Below are positions 35,633 to 45,628 of a DNA stretch of 64,000 bases, piece by piece. The position numbers were made by a program, and so were the translations under genes. Position 1 is the stretch's first letter. Each line of letters begins with the position of its first letter. Under the pieces are notes generated by a model. The model searched no databases. It was not told where the DNA came from and saw only the letters and a program-made list of their open reading frames with translations. Source of the stretch: Rhizomicrobium sp. (GTDB lineage Bacteria > Pseudomonadota > Alphaproteobacteria > Micropepsales > Micropepsaceae); NCBI GenBank assembly GCA_035761325.1, contig DASTRG010000179.1:10879-74878 (forward strand). The letters run 5' to 3'.

Positions 35633-37531
35633 ATGCTGGCATCGCAATTATCGTGGCTACCAAATAATCCCGCTTGGCGAGATGACTTCAGGTCTGTTGC
35701 CGCTGACGACGACGCCGATTTCGACGCACTGTCGCGACTGGCCGGTTTCCAGATCGATTTTCTTTGCACCGAGCGGTTGGACACGCTCGCCCAGCGGAAA
35801 TTGCGCGCCATCCCTCCGGCGCAACTTCCTGACCCACCAATCCGTCTGGCGATTCTGGGTTCGTCGACCATATCGTACCTAGTTCCTGCTATCCGGGTGG
35901 GACTGTTGCGTCGCCGGCTTTGGGCGCAAGTCCATGTCACCCCCTACGGCCAGTATCTTCAGGAGTTACTGGACCCCGGTTCCGATCTCCACAAATTCAG
36001 GCCCACGGTCATCCTCTTTGCCTTCGACGCGCGTCATGTCATTGGGCTGCCGGCGGCCGGAATGAGCAGAGCCGAAGCGGATAGCCTGATCGAGGAGAAA
36101 GCCACTCATTATGCGGAGCTTTGGGACCGGGCGCAGCAGGCATTCTCGTGTCGTGTCATCCAGCAAACCATGCTGCCGGTTTTTCCGGAGCTGCTTGGCA
36201 ACAACGAACACCGGTTGCCCGGTTCGCCGCAGCGGATGGTTGCCCGCTTCAACCAGTGCATGCGGGAGTTGGCGGACGGCCGCCGGGTCGATGTGCTGGC
36301 GATCGACAATCGCGTACAACGCGATGGCATAGGCCTTTGGCACGAGCCCGCGCTTTGGCATAAGGGCAAGATCGAAATCGCCCCCGCGATGGCACCCCTC
36401 TATGGCGATCTGGTGGCGCGGATCGTGGCGGCGCAATGCGGCCGTTCGCACAAGTGCCTGGTACTGGATCTGGACAACACATTGTGGGGCGGCGTGGTAG
36501 GTGATGACGGCGTCGAAGGTCTGGTGCTGGGCCAGGGGAACGCCGCGGGGGAAGCCTTCGTCGAATTCCAGCGCTATGTCCAGCAATTGTCGGCCCGGGG
36601 AGTCATCCTGGCCGTCTGTTCCAAGAACGAGGAAAAAGCCGCGCTTGAGCCCTTCAGCCGCCATCCGGAGATGGTGCTGAAGCGACCGGCCTTCGCCGCT
36701 TTCCTCGCCAATTGGACGGACAAGGCGACCAACCTCAGGCACATTGCCGAAAGGCTCAATATCGGCCTGGATTCGCTGGTGTTCGCAGACGACAGCCCTT
36801 TCGAGCGCAATCTTGTCCGGCGCGAATTGCCGATGGTCGCCGTGCCGGAACTTCCCGAGGACCCCGCCGAATATGCACAGTGCCTGGCGGATGCCGGATA
36901 TTTCGAAGGCATCGGATTGACCGCAGAGGATCTGAGCCGCGCCGACCAGTACCGTGCGAATGCGGAGCGCGAGACCTTGCGGACCTCGATGGCCGACCTA
37001 CCGTCCTATCTGAAAAGCCTGGAGATGGAGATGATAGCCGGCCCCTTCGACCGGCTCAGCCAGACGCGCATCACCCAGCTGATCAACAAGACAAACCAGT
37101 TCAATCTCACGACACGCCGTTACAGCGAACGGGAAGTTGCCGAAGCCATGGAGAGAGCAGATGTCGTTACCTTGCAGGTCCGTTTGACAGACAAGTTCGG
37201 CGACAATGGCATCATCGCGGTTGTGATTGGCAAGCCGTCGGGCGCGGGTCTCCTCATCGACACATGGCTGATGAGTTGCCGCGTCCTTGGCCGCCAGGTC
37301 GAGCAAGCGACGCTCAACCTCCTGGTAAAGGAAGCCCGCCGCCGGGGTCACAAGGCACTGATCGGGGAGTTTCGGCCGACGCAAAAAAACATCATCGTCC
37401 GTGACCACTATAAGAAGTTGGGCTTTACCCGCCAGGATTGCGACGAGTCCGGCAACAGCCTGTGGCAGCTTCCGATCGACCAGTTCGTTCCATTCGACAC
37501 CTTGATAACGATCGCAGGAATGCCGGCATGA
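35633..37531 (+). CDS. fkbH: FkbH-family HAD-IIIC protein (glyceryl-ACP synthase type)
   Basis: KCLVLDLDNTLWGG, CSKN, NWTDKA, FADDSPFER, LINKTNQFNLT, DKFGDNG, WLMSCRVLGR (acceptor Cys). Confidence 0.92.
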   Translation: MLASQLSWLPNNPAWRDDFRSVAADDDADFDALSRLAGFQIDFLCTERLDTLAQRKLRAIPPAQLPDPPIRLAILGSSTISYLVPAIRVGLLRRRLWAQVHVTPYGQYLQELLDPGSDLHKFRPTVILFAFDARHVIGLPAAGMSRAEADSLIEEKATHYAELWDRAQQAFSCRVIQQTMLPVFPELLGNNEHRLPGSPQRMVARFNQCMRELADGRRVDVLAIDNRVQRDGIGLWHEPALWHKGKIEIAPAMAPLYGDLVARIVAAQCGRSHKCLVLDLDNTLWGGVVGDDGVEGLVLGQGNAAGEAFVEFQRYVQQLSARGVILAVCSKNEEKAALEPFSRHPEMVLKRPAFAAFLANWTDKATNLRHIAERLNIGLDSLVFADDSPFERNLVRRELPMVAVPELPEDPAEYAQCLADAGYFEGIGLTAEDLSRADQYRANAERETLRTSMADLPSYLKSLEMEMIAGPFDRLSQTRITQLINKTNQFNLTTRRYSEREVAEAMERADVVTLQVRLTDKFGDNGIIAVVIGKPSGAGLLIDTWLMSCRVLGRQVEQATLNLLVKEARRRGHKALIGEFRPTQKNIIVRDHYKKLGFTRQDCDESGNSLWQLPIDQFVPFDTLITIAGMPA

Positions 37532-37776
37532 CAGATTCTGAAATTCTCGACGGCATCACCGACATCGTTCGCGACGCGCTGGAGGACGATACGATCGTGC
37601 TTTCACCCGAGAGCACGGCCAGCGACTACGCCGATTGGGATTCGTTCAAGCATATTACCATCGTCGTGGCGACAGAAGTGCGCTTCGGCGTCAAGTTCAA
37701 AACCGCGGAAATCGAATCGATGCGTAAGGTTGGCGACTTCATCAGCCTGATCCAAAAAAAGCTGAAAGCCGCCTGA
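37528..37776 (+). CDS. Acyl carrier protein
   Basis: 82 aa, acidic, WDS phosphopantetheine site (Ser39), E.RFGVKF. ATGA overlap with fkbH. Confidence 0.92.
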   Translation: MTDSEILDGITDIVRDALEDDTIVLSPESTASDYADWDSFKHITIVVATEVRFGVKFKTAEIESMRKVGDFISLIQKKLKAA

Positions 37777-37834
37777 ATATCCGGAATCCGTTCGCGCGTG
37801 GCGGATGGGCATACGCCGAAGCAAGGGAAGAACG

Positions 37835-39385
37835 GTGCTATTCAATTCCTATTCATTCCTTTTCGGCTTCCTGCCAGCTTCTATGCTCGCCTACTTTCTT
37901 GCAGGCCGCATCGACCGGCGCGCGGCGGGACTATCCCTCGTCATAAGCTCGCTGATCTTTTACGCTTGGTGGAATCCACCCTTCGTCCTGGTGCTACTGG
38001 GTTCCATTCTGTTCAACTATGCGATCAGCCGGTGGATAGCCCATTGCGAAGGTCAAGAACGGACACAGAGCGCGATCCTGGCACTGGGCATCGGCATCGA
38101 TCTGGCAGTTCTGGTCTACTACAAATATCTCTTCGTTTTGGTGGGTTTCCTGACAGGCCTGGGCCTGATCCATTTGGAGCTGGCTCCGATCATTCTGCCG
38201 TTGGGCATCTCCTTCTACACATTCACCCAGATTGGATATCTCGTCGACTGCCGGCAGGGCATGGCGAAGGAACGGAACATTTTCGAATATTTCCTGTTCG
38301 TTACATTCTTTCCCCACCTGATTGCCGGACCGATCATTCATCATCGCGAGATCATGCCCCAATTCGCCAGGCCGGAAACATATCGGCTGGACTCTGGGAA
38401 AATGGCGGTTGGCCTGACGTTCTTCATCATCGGGCTAGCGAAGAAGGTTCTGCTGGCGGACTCCATGATCCAGCTCGCCAATGCCGGATTCGCCGTACCC
38501 GGAACGCTGGGACTGGTCACCGCCTGGCTGACAGTCTTGTCCTACTCGATGCAGATCTATTTCGATTTTTCAGGCTATTCCGACATGGCGATCGGCCTGG
38601 CCTATATGTTCAACGTTCGATTTCCCATCAATTTCAACTCGCCCTACAAGGCCCATTCCATAATCGACTTCTGGCAACGCTGGCACATGACGTTGACGCG
38701 TTACCTTACGCTCTATCTCTACAATCCTATGGCCATCGCGATCACGCGACGACGCGCGGCCAAGGGCCTGCCGATTTCAAGCAAGGGGGCGAAAACCGTT
38801 ACCGGGTTTCTCAACATGATCGCCTTGCCAATTTTTTTCACGATGATCCTGGCGGGGATCTGGCACGGCGCGGGCTCGCAATTCCTTGTTTTCGGGCTTC
38901 TTCATGGTCTCTATCTGACGGTCAATCATGCCTGGCAAATTTTCAAGCCGGCTGGCCTGTCGCGTGCTTTCCGCAGTCCGCTGCTCCGCCCTTTAGTCGT
39001 TATCGCGCCAGTTTTGCTCACCTATATTGCGGTTCTGGTGGCGCAAGTTTTTTTCCGCGCAGCCTCGTGCAGTGACGCGGTTGCAATGCTGGCGGGCATG
39101 ATCGGCCAGCACGGCGGTGGATTGGCTGGCTGGGAAGACAAATTCGGCTCCGTGAGCCAAGGCACTGCCCGGCTTCTCGTCTATTTCGTCATCGTTTGGG
39201 CGATGCCGAATTCCCAGGAGATAATGGCGAAATTTCCCGCAGCCTTGGCTCGAATCAAGGCGGCCCCCGATGGGCTGTTGCAATGGAGTCCCGATCTGAG
39301 ATGGGCGGTTCTCATCGGCGGGATGGCCGGCATGGCGATCGCCAATCTCTCCCACCACACCGAATTTCTTTATTTCCAGTTCTGA
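37835..39385 (+). CDS. MBOAT O-acyltransferase (AlgI/DltB/PatA family)
   Basis: GTG start MLFNSYSF, LPLGISFYTF, FFPHLIAGPI, YFDFSGYSDMAIG, DFWQRWHMTL, LAGIWHGA (catalytic His), EFLYFQF C-terminus. Confidence 0.93.
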   Translation: MLFNSYSFLFGFLPASMLAYFLAGRIDRRAAGLSLVISSLIFYAWWNPPFVLVLLGSILFNYAISRWIAHCEGQERTQSAILALGIGIDLAVLVYYKYLFVLVGFLTGLGLIHLELAPIILPLGISFYTFTQIGYLVDCRQGMAKERNIFEYFLFVTFFPHLIAGPIIHHREIMPQFARPETYRLDSGKMAVGLTFFIIGLAKKVLLADSMIQLANAGFAVPGTLGLVTAWLTVLSYSMQIYFDFSGYSDMAIGLAYMFNVRFPINFNSPYKAHSIIDFWQRWHMTLTRYLTLYLYNPMAIAITRRRAAKGLPISSKGAKTVTGFLNMIALPIFFTMILAGIWHGAGSQFLVFGLLHGLYLTVNHAWQIFKPAGLSRAFRSPLLRPLVVIAPVLLTYIAVLVAQVFFRAASCSDAVAMLAGMIGQHGGGLAGWEDKFGSVSQGTARLLVYFVIVWAMPNSQEIMAKFPAALARIKAAPDGLLQWSPDLRWAVLIGGMAGMAIANLSHHTEFLYFQF

Positions 39386-39387
39386 AC

Positions 39388-40407
39388 ATGAATACGCAAA
39401 TATCAACTGCAATCCGATATCTCGCCGTCCTGCTGGCGGTAATTTTCGTCGTCTTGGCTGCAATCGGGGTCCTCAATTACCTTGTCGATCCCCTCTGGTT
39501 TTTTGGCGGAAACAAGATTCAACCCCGCAACTTCGCATTCAACGAGCGTGTGGCGCGGATGGCGCATTTCATGTCCACCGACCGCGACTTCGACTGCTAT
39601 ATATTCGGCGCTTCCCGCGTGGCCATGGTGAACGTGCATGATTTCAAGGGCCACCGATGCTTCATGGTGTCCTTTGAAAACGCCTCACCCCGCGAACTTG
39701 TGGCCTATGCCTCATATATGAAGGCGCATGCGCGGCGAGAACCGACCCTGGTCGTGGTCGGCGTGGACGACTTCGATTTCATCGACCAGGCTGACGCCAA
39801 TGACGTGCCCGAGTTCGTGCGAGATGGCGGTGTTCCGCACTTCTGGCAATATTATTTTTCGTGGGACGTGGCAACGTGGTCGCTCAAGACCATATTCGAC
39901 ATCTCCCCGAAGGCCAGATATTTCGGCAAGGACCTGTCAGGCCAGATCCGGGCCGATGCACGTATGCTTCCGGTGTTGCGAATGACACTGAAGCCGGGCC
40001 AGAAATGGCACATGAGTCTTGCAAGCGTGAGCGAATATGCAAAATTTCGCCAGCTGTTTCCAAAAGCACATCTCGTTGGCTACGCGACGCCGGTGGCGGC
40101 GACCCGGATTGCCGAATATCGGATGTCGGGTCTGCTGCCGTTCTATATCCGGGCGCTCATTGAGACCTCGACCAAGTTCGACGAGATGTACGATTTCTCG
40201 ATACCGTCCACCATCACTGCCGACCCCGGCCTCACTTATGACGGCTCGCATTATCAACCTTCAGTCTCCCGAGAGATCGCCATCGCAATCCAGCGGCATG
40301 AACCTTCCTTTGGCGTGGCGCTGACGGGCCGGTCCACGGAAGACTTGGAAGCGGACTATGCGAGCCGGCTTGCCCGATTTCACAAGTATGCCGAGGCAAA
40401 AATGTAA
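39388..40407 (+). CDS. Membrane-anchored periplasmic SGNH-like acyltransferase partner (DltD/AlgJ/PatB-like)
   Basis: N-terminal TM then VDP, FGASR (Ser nucleophile-like) and YDGSHY (DxxH). Starts 2 nt after the MBOAT stop. Confidence 0.7.
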   Translation: MNTQISTAIRYLAVLLAVIFVVLAAIGVLNYLVDPLWFFGGNKIQPRNFAFNERVARMAHFMSTDRDFDCYIFGASRVAMVNVHDFKGHRCFMVSFENASPRELVAYASYMKAHARREPTLVVVGVDDFDFIDQADANDVPEFVRDGGVPHFWQYYFSWDVATWSLKTIFDISPKARYFGKDLSGQIRADARMLPVLRMTLKPGQKWHMSLASVSEYAKFRQLFPKAHLVGYATPVAATRIAEYRMSGLLPFYIRALIETSTKFDEMYDFSIPSTITADPGLTYDGSHYQPSVSREIAIAIQRHEPSFGVALTGRSTEDLEADYASRLARFHKYAEAKM

Positions 40408-40547
40408 AAGAAAGCAGTGCCTTGTGGATCGAGATGTTAACCGTGTGCCAAGATCTTCTTCGACGTTTTCGCGTTTTCCACCGAAAATATGCGGTGGCGT
40501 CACGCGGTCCGGCTTTTGGGCAGTCAGCAGGTTAGGTTTCAACTGAC

Positions 40548-43397
40548 ATGGTCGAATTCGTTGACGATTTGCTGTTTGACGCCGCGCGAACCCGTTCACA
40601 ACGTCCGGCTCTGACTTTGGACGGTAGAGTCACGAATTACGGTGAGTTGGCAGACAGCGTACGGCGGTTTGCCCGCGCCTTGCGCGCTTCCGGCATTCGC
40701 GCGGGGGACCGCGTCGGCATTTTCCTGGACAAACGGGAAGAAGCAGTTGTCGCGATCATTGGCGCCTCGGCGGCGGGCGCCGTCTTTGTGCCGATAAACC
40801 CCGCCTTTAAATCCTCCCAGGTCGGATACATGGTTGAGGATTGTGGCATCAGGATCCTGGTCACTACTCGAACCAGGATTGCGAATTTCGAGGACATTCC
40901 ACGCTGTCCTACCATCGAGAAAATCATCCTGGTGGACGATGATGAGACAGCAACCGCTCGGCATGGCGTTCAATTCCAGACCTTCAGCACGTTCCTGCAT
41001 TCCGGCTCGCGGGAGATCCCTGTAATTGGGCCCCGCACCGGCAACGACATGGCCGGCATACTCTATACGTCCGGTTCGACCGGCAACGCGAAAGGCGTGG
41101 TCCTGTCACATCGCAACTTTGTCGCCCGAGCCGAGCATGTCTCTCGGTATCTCAAGATGACGGATGATGACAGGGTTTTGAATCTGCCGCAGTACAGTTT
41201 TGGTTTTGGCCTGGATCAACTGTTCAACGCCTTCTATGTCGGCGCCTGCTCCGTCCTCCATAATTTTGTGACAGCCCAGAACCTGATGCGTACCATCGTC
41301 GAGGAACGCGTCACCGGTGTCGCCGCGGTCCCCACCGCCTTGACGGCGCTGGCGGGAATGGACTGGCCACAGGAAGCTCGCGACACGGTCCGGTATATCG
41401 CCGCGGCAGGCGGGCGCATGCCAGAATTCGTCACCCGGTCGCTCAGATGCCTGGTGCCCGGTGCCGACATCTATCTGATGTACGGACAGACCGAGACGTT
41501 GCGTTCAACCTTTCTGGCACCGAGCGAGGTGGACCGGCGGCCCAACTCCATCGGAAAAGCGATCCCCGGTGCCCACATACACGTGGTGAGGTCGGATGGG
41601 ACGCTGTGTGGTCCCAACGAGCCTGGCGAACTCGTACAAAGCGGCGATACCGTAGCTTTGGGCTACTGGAACGATGCGGCCCGCACCGCCCAGATATTTC
41701 GACCGGCGCCCATCGCCCTGCCGGGGAGTTCAACGCCCGAGATCGCGGTCTGGACGGGCGATCTGGTTTCCTATGACGAGGAAGGCTTTCTTTATTACAT
41801 AGGCCGACGGGACAATCTCATCAAGACAAGCGGCTACCGCGTCAGTCCGACAGAGATCGAAGATGTGCTCCATGCCGATGCGATGGTGGAAACCGCGGCG
41901 GTAGTCGGTATCAAGAATGACGAGCTTGGTCATGCAATCGTTGCCTTCGTCACCAGCAGGACCGGCGTTGAACTGGATCAAGAACGCCTGATGGCGCATT
42001 GCCGGCATGAGCTGCCGGGTTACATGGTTCCGCATCAGTTGATTCAACTCGCCAGCCTGCCGCTGAATGCGAATGGAAAGATTGACAGGACACGTCTGAT
42101 TGCCGATTTTGCAGAACAGAAGCTGCAACCCATCGCGGAACGGGCGCGCACGTTACCGAAGGGTAGCGATCGCGGCTTGGTGGGGCGCCTGACAACTTAT
42201 GCGTTGGAGATGGTCGGACTAAAGCGACGATCGGTCGGCAGCGTAGCGGAAATATTTGCCTCGACTTTCAATCTGAAGGCGGTCGATCTCGATCTCACCT
42301 TCTCCGCGCTGGGCGGCGATTCGCTCTCTTATGTCGATGTCCAAATCGCGCTTGAGGATTTTGTGGGCTATTTGCCGGAGAATTGGGAAAATACCCCCAT
42401 TCGCGAACTGGAAAAATTGGAAAGATCGTCAGTTACCAGCACGTCGATGGCCCCGGACGTGCTCTTGCGAGCGGCCGCCATCCTGGGCGTGGTCAGCTTT
42501 CACAATCGTTATTCCAACCTTTCGGGCGGCGTAAGTCTTCTTTTCCTCCTGTCGGGTTTCAGCTTCGCTCGCTTTACCTGGAGCAGTGACCAATCACAGG
42601 TCCGACGCTCCATCCTTTCCACCATGTCCCGGATAGCGTTCCCCACTTTTCTGCTTTTGCTGGTCTTCTTCCTGGGCGACGGTATCGTGCACTGGAGCAT
42701 GCTGCTGTTCGTGGACAATCTGATCGAACCGCAATCCCCCCTGTGGTGGGAAGGCGCTTACTTCGTGCAGGTCCTTTTCCAGATCTTCCTTCTGATGGGG
42801 ATCATGGTAAGCATTCCTGGCGTCGGCGCATTCGGAGAACGGCGGCCATTCGCCTTTGGTCTTATCTTCACGGCGACGGCGGCGCTTCTGAATTTCGGGT
42901 TAGAGATGCTGGTACGATCCCCGGTCATGAACTCCGGCATTCTGCCGCAATATTTCCTTTGGCAATTCGCCGTTGGCTGGCTGGTCTTCGCCGCCCAGCG
43001 TCAAAGCCAACGAATTGCGGCCATCGCAATGCTGATCGGCTGCCTCGCCTTGGCGTATATCGGGCGCGGCCGGACCGGCGACTTCCTCTTCACGGGTCAT
43101 GCGCCCTATTGGCTCCTGCTGGGCAGCGCGCTGCTTTTGTGGATGCCGGCAATTCCTATGCCCCGTCTCATCGCTGCACCCATCATGACCGTCGCCAAAT
43201 GCACCCTCTTTATCTACTTATTCCATTGGCCGTTCGACGTCCTCGCGTTCCGTTGGTTCAATGTGCATGGCGGTCCATTGGGAATTGCCATCGGGCTGGC
43301 CGGCGGCATCGGGGTCTGGGCGCTTTATGAATCGCTCGCACAGCTGGGGCGCTCCTTTAGGGCAACTCCGCGCAGGGCGGCCGAAGTCTTTGGCTGA
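40548..43397 (+). CDS. Adenylation-thiolation-acyltransferase 3 fusion (NRPS-like acyl loader with integral membrane acyltransferase)
   Basis: YTSGSTGNAKG, YGQTE, TGDL, IKTSGYRVSP and NGKIDR (A domain, resembling exosortase A-associated acyl-CoA ligases). LGGDSL with Ser592 (T domain). LLRAAAILGVVSFH, FLLSGFSF and YLFHWP in a multi-TM C-terminal third (AT3). Confidence 0.85.
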   Translation: MVEFVDDLLFDAARTRSQRPALTLDGRVTNYGELADSVRRFARALRASGIRAGDRVGIFLDKREEAVVAIIGASAAGAVFVPINPAFKSSQVGYMVEDCGIRILVTTRTRIANFEDIPRCPTIEKIILVDDDETATARHGVQFQTFSTFLHSGSREIPVIGPRTGNDMAGILYTSGSTGNAKGVVLSHRNFVARAEHVSRYLKMTDDDRVLNLPQYSFGFGLDQLFNAFYVGACSVLHNFVTAQNLMRTIVEERVTGVAAVPTALTALAGMDWPQEARDTVRYIAAAGGRMPEFVTRSLRCLVPGADIYLMYGQTETLRSTFLAPSEVDRRPNSIGKAIPGAHIHVVRSDGTLCGPNEPGELVQSGDTVALGYWNDAARTAQIFRPAPIALPGSSTPEIAVWTGDLVSYDEEGFLYYIGRRDNLIKTSGYRVSPTEIEDVLHADAMVETAAVVGIKNDELGHAIVAFVTSRTGVELDQERLMAHCRHELPGYMVPHQLIQLASLPLNANGKIDRTRLIADFAEQKLQPIAERARTLPKGSDRGLVGRLTTYALEMVGLKRRSVGSVAEIFASTFNLKAVDLDLTFSALGGDSLSYVDVQIALEDFVGYLPENWENTPIRELEKLERSSVTSTSMAPDVLLRAAAILGVVSFHNRYSNLSGGVSLLFLLSGFSFARFTWSSDQSQVRRSILSTMSRIAFPTFLLLLVFFLGDGIVHWSMLLFVDNLIEPQSPLWWEGAYFVQVLFQIFLLMGIMVSIPGVGAFGERRPFAFGLIFTATAALLNFGLEMLVRSPVMNSGILPQYFLWQFAVGWLVFAAQRQSQRIAAIAMLIGCLALAYIGRGRTGDFLFTGHAPYWLLLGSALLLWMPAIPMPRLIAAPIMTVAKCTLFIYLFHWPFDVLAFRWFNVHGGPLGIAIGLAGGIGVWALYESLAQLGRSFRATPRRAAEVFG

Positions 43398-43545
43398 AGC
43401 TCCGGCGAATTTTGGGGCGCCACAGCGCTCCTCCCACCGTGCTGCGGAACGTTTGCTTGCATGAATTATCAAGTCTGCAGCCAGATCTCGGTGCAAACGG
43501 TGTGGTTTTATGACGGCGATTATGCGCCAGGCTCAGGAGGCCGCG

Positions 43546-45330
43546 TCAGGAGGCTGATTTGCATCTGTTCGCCTTCACGACCGAGAACCACCGATTGCTG
43601 AAGACTGCCTGAATCGACGCCGAGCCGGCCAGTTGCCTTCCGGGCCGCTTGTCCAGTACCACATAGTCGATGCCGTGAAGGCAAGCATAGCGCAAGGCCG
43701 CCGGTGCGCTGCGAAGCGCCATAACGTCCTCGCTGCGTGCGTGCCAGAGCGGATAGTAGCTTGGCGCCCACATTACGACGGCGCCTTCCTTCCAACCTAC
43801 CCAGCTGCGGCGCTTGGCGGCGGCGACGAAATCGAGCTTCGGCGGAACCAGGAATATCGCGCTGGCCGGTGAAGATTTTCGCGCCCACTGTGTGACCTCC
43901 AGCCAGAAGGGCGCAGCGGGATCTGTGCCCAGCAATTGCCGGTCGTTGGGCACGTCTTGGCTGCCGGGCGCGGCGGGCGCCTGGGAATAGGCACCCCAGA
44001 CAAGGGACGCCACCAGGATAACGACCGATGCCGCGGCCATCGACAGGGCCGGCCTGATCCGCCATGCCGGCACGTCATGCCCGGCCTTCCATGCAACCAG
44101 CCTTGTCGCGCCCCGCAGGAGCAGCGCTGCCATGACTATCGTCCAGTCATTGGCGACAAGCCCCGCCATCGCAACCACCCCGGCCAGAGCCGCAAGAGCC
44201 CGCCCGCTCGAGATCGAGGCGAACGCCGCGGCGGCAACAAGCGCCACGACCAGCAAGGTCACCATGCCGTCGACCCGTAGCAGGTGCAGGTTCATCAGAA
44301 TGCGCGAATGGGAAAGCTGCCCAACCGCAATGCCGGCGGCGAAGACAAGCGTAAAGCCGACCAGCGCCAGCGCCGCCCTTCCGCGATTGCAGGGCAGAAG
44401 TGCCGACGCCAGCATTCCTGACGACACTTGCAGCACAAAGGCGATCCGCTCGGGCCAAGCCGTCCAGCCGATGAAAAAATGATAAGGATAGTAGCCGATA
44501 AGAAATTTCCGGTAATCGAAGTCCCAACTGCTGAAGTGCTGCGTGGAAAAGATCCACAGTCCGACAGGCAGCGCGCTCAGCAAAAAGGCTCCTGCCGCCA
44601 ACAGTACAGGCCGGATCGCGGCGTGCGACGATGTCGCCAAACGTGCCCCGGCCGCGAGCATGACCGGGACCAAGGTCCAGATTCCCACCATGACATTCAG
44701 ATCGAATGCCATTCCGACGGCGACCGCTGGTCCGATCAACCTGCCCCGCAGCAGGCCGGAGATTGCGACAAGTGCCACAGCCTGGGCCAACGCCGTATGG
44801 GTGAAAATACTGACGAACAATTCATCACGGCTTATTCCAGTTTCACCATAGAGCGTGGAGACTAGGGCCAGGCTGGCCGTGGCGCCCAGGAGCCACCGTC
44901 CATGCAGCCCGCAGGACCGCATGATAAGAAGCAGCGCATAGAAGGTGAGCGCCCGCGTGGCGAGGAAGGCCGCGAAAAAAAACGTGGCGACATTGCCTTC
45001 GTTCGCGACCAAGCCCAGCAGCGGATAAACCGGTGTCGCATAGCCGCGCAGCGACTGGATGGCCGGATCACGAGCAAATTGCGGTAGATCGAACCAGTGC
45101 AGGACGATAGGAATGTGAAAGACGTTGTTGTCGATGCCGAATGCAAAGCCCTGAAGACGCCAGGACAGAACAGCCAGACCCAGACAAAACAACCCTATGG
45201 CCGCCGCGGTAATCGCCGCCAACCGGCCGGCCAGCGGGTGGTACGCGCTGCCTTCAGCTGCGGGCGACGAGGATGACGCCGGCGACGACCAAGACTGTGC
45301 CGGCGACGCGGCCGGGATGGAACGGTTCAT
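43546..45330 (-). CDS. Multi-TM membrane protein with C-terminal periplasmic domain, putative GT-C glycosyltransferase
   Basis: Many TM helices, acidic first loop (GIDNNVFH...FARDP), C-terminal soluble domain with FLVPP..F...KRRSWVGWKEG resembling DUF6798-type domains (from memory, unverified). Start uncertain because of a 77-nt overlap with the upstream gene. Confidence 0.6.
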   Translation of the reverse strand: MNRSIPAASPAQSWSSPASSSSPAAEGSAYHPLAGRLAAITAAAIGLFCLGLAVLSWRLQGFAFGIDNNVFHIPIVLHWFDLPQFARDPAIQSLRGYATPVYPLLGLVANEGNVATFFFAAFLATRALTFYALLLIMRSCGLHGRWLLGATASLALVSTLYGETGISRDELFVSIFTHTALAQAVALVAISGLLRGRLIGPAVAVGMAFDLNVMVGIWTLVPVMLAAGARLATSSHAAIRPVLLAAGAFLLSALPVGLWIFSTQHFSSWDFDYRKFLIGYYPYHFFIGWTAWPERIAFVLQVSSGMLASALLPCNRGRAALALVGFTLVFAAGIAVGQLSHSRILMNLHLLRVDGMVTLLVVALVAAAAFASISSGRALAALAGVVAMAGLVANDWTIVMAALLLRGATRLVAWKAGHDVPAWRIRPALSMAAASVVILVASLVWGAYSQAPAAPGSQDVPNDRQLLGTDPAAPFWLEVTQWARKSSPASAIFLVPPKLDFVAAAKRRSWVGWKEGAVVMWAPSYYPLWHARSEDVMALRSAPAALRYACLHGIDYVVLDKRPGRQLAGSASIQAVFSNRWFSVVKANRCKSAS

Positions 45331-45628
45331 GAAAAAGAAAATATCCCAACAAGGCGGTGATGATGAAACTCAGCCCCACGAAAGGATAAGCGAGCGACAG
45401 GTCAGTCCGGGACAGGACATTCAGCCAGATCAATGTTCCGAACCCATACATCGCCAGCCCGGCGATGACAGCGGGGCTGTGGACGAATGCGAGCAGAACC
45501 GATGCGGCCGATCCATCGGCCATGGCGGCGCGGGCCGCCGCCGTGGAGACGCCGTACTTGAACAATACCTGGGCCAAACCCGACAACGAGACGCTGAACA
45601 GGATAAGAAGCAGAAGAGGCGCCGTCAT
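45254..45628 (-). CDS. SMR/EamA-type small membrane protein (ArnE/ArnF-like lipid-linked sugar flippase)
   Basis: 124 aa, 4 TM, AQVLFKYG, LSRTDLSLAYPF, FHEP. ATGA overlap with the UbiA stop. Confidence 0.8.
   Translation of the reverse strand: MTAPLLLLILFSVSLSGLAQVLFKYGVSTAAARAAMADGSAASVLLAFVHSPAVIAGLAMYGFGTLIWLNVLSRTDLSLAYPFVGLSFIITALLGYFLFHEPFHPGRVAGTVLVVAGVILVARS

Noticed and set aside
35633-43397. Interpretation as a polyketide/NRPS secondary-metabolite cluster
   Set aside because: No KS, C or TE domains are in the window. The carrier proteins are linked to membrane acyltransferases within a glycan locus.
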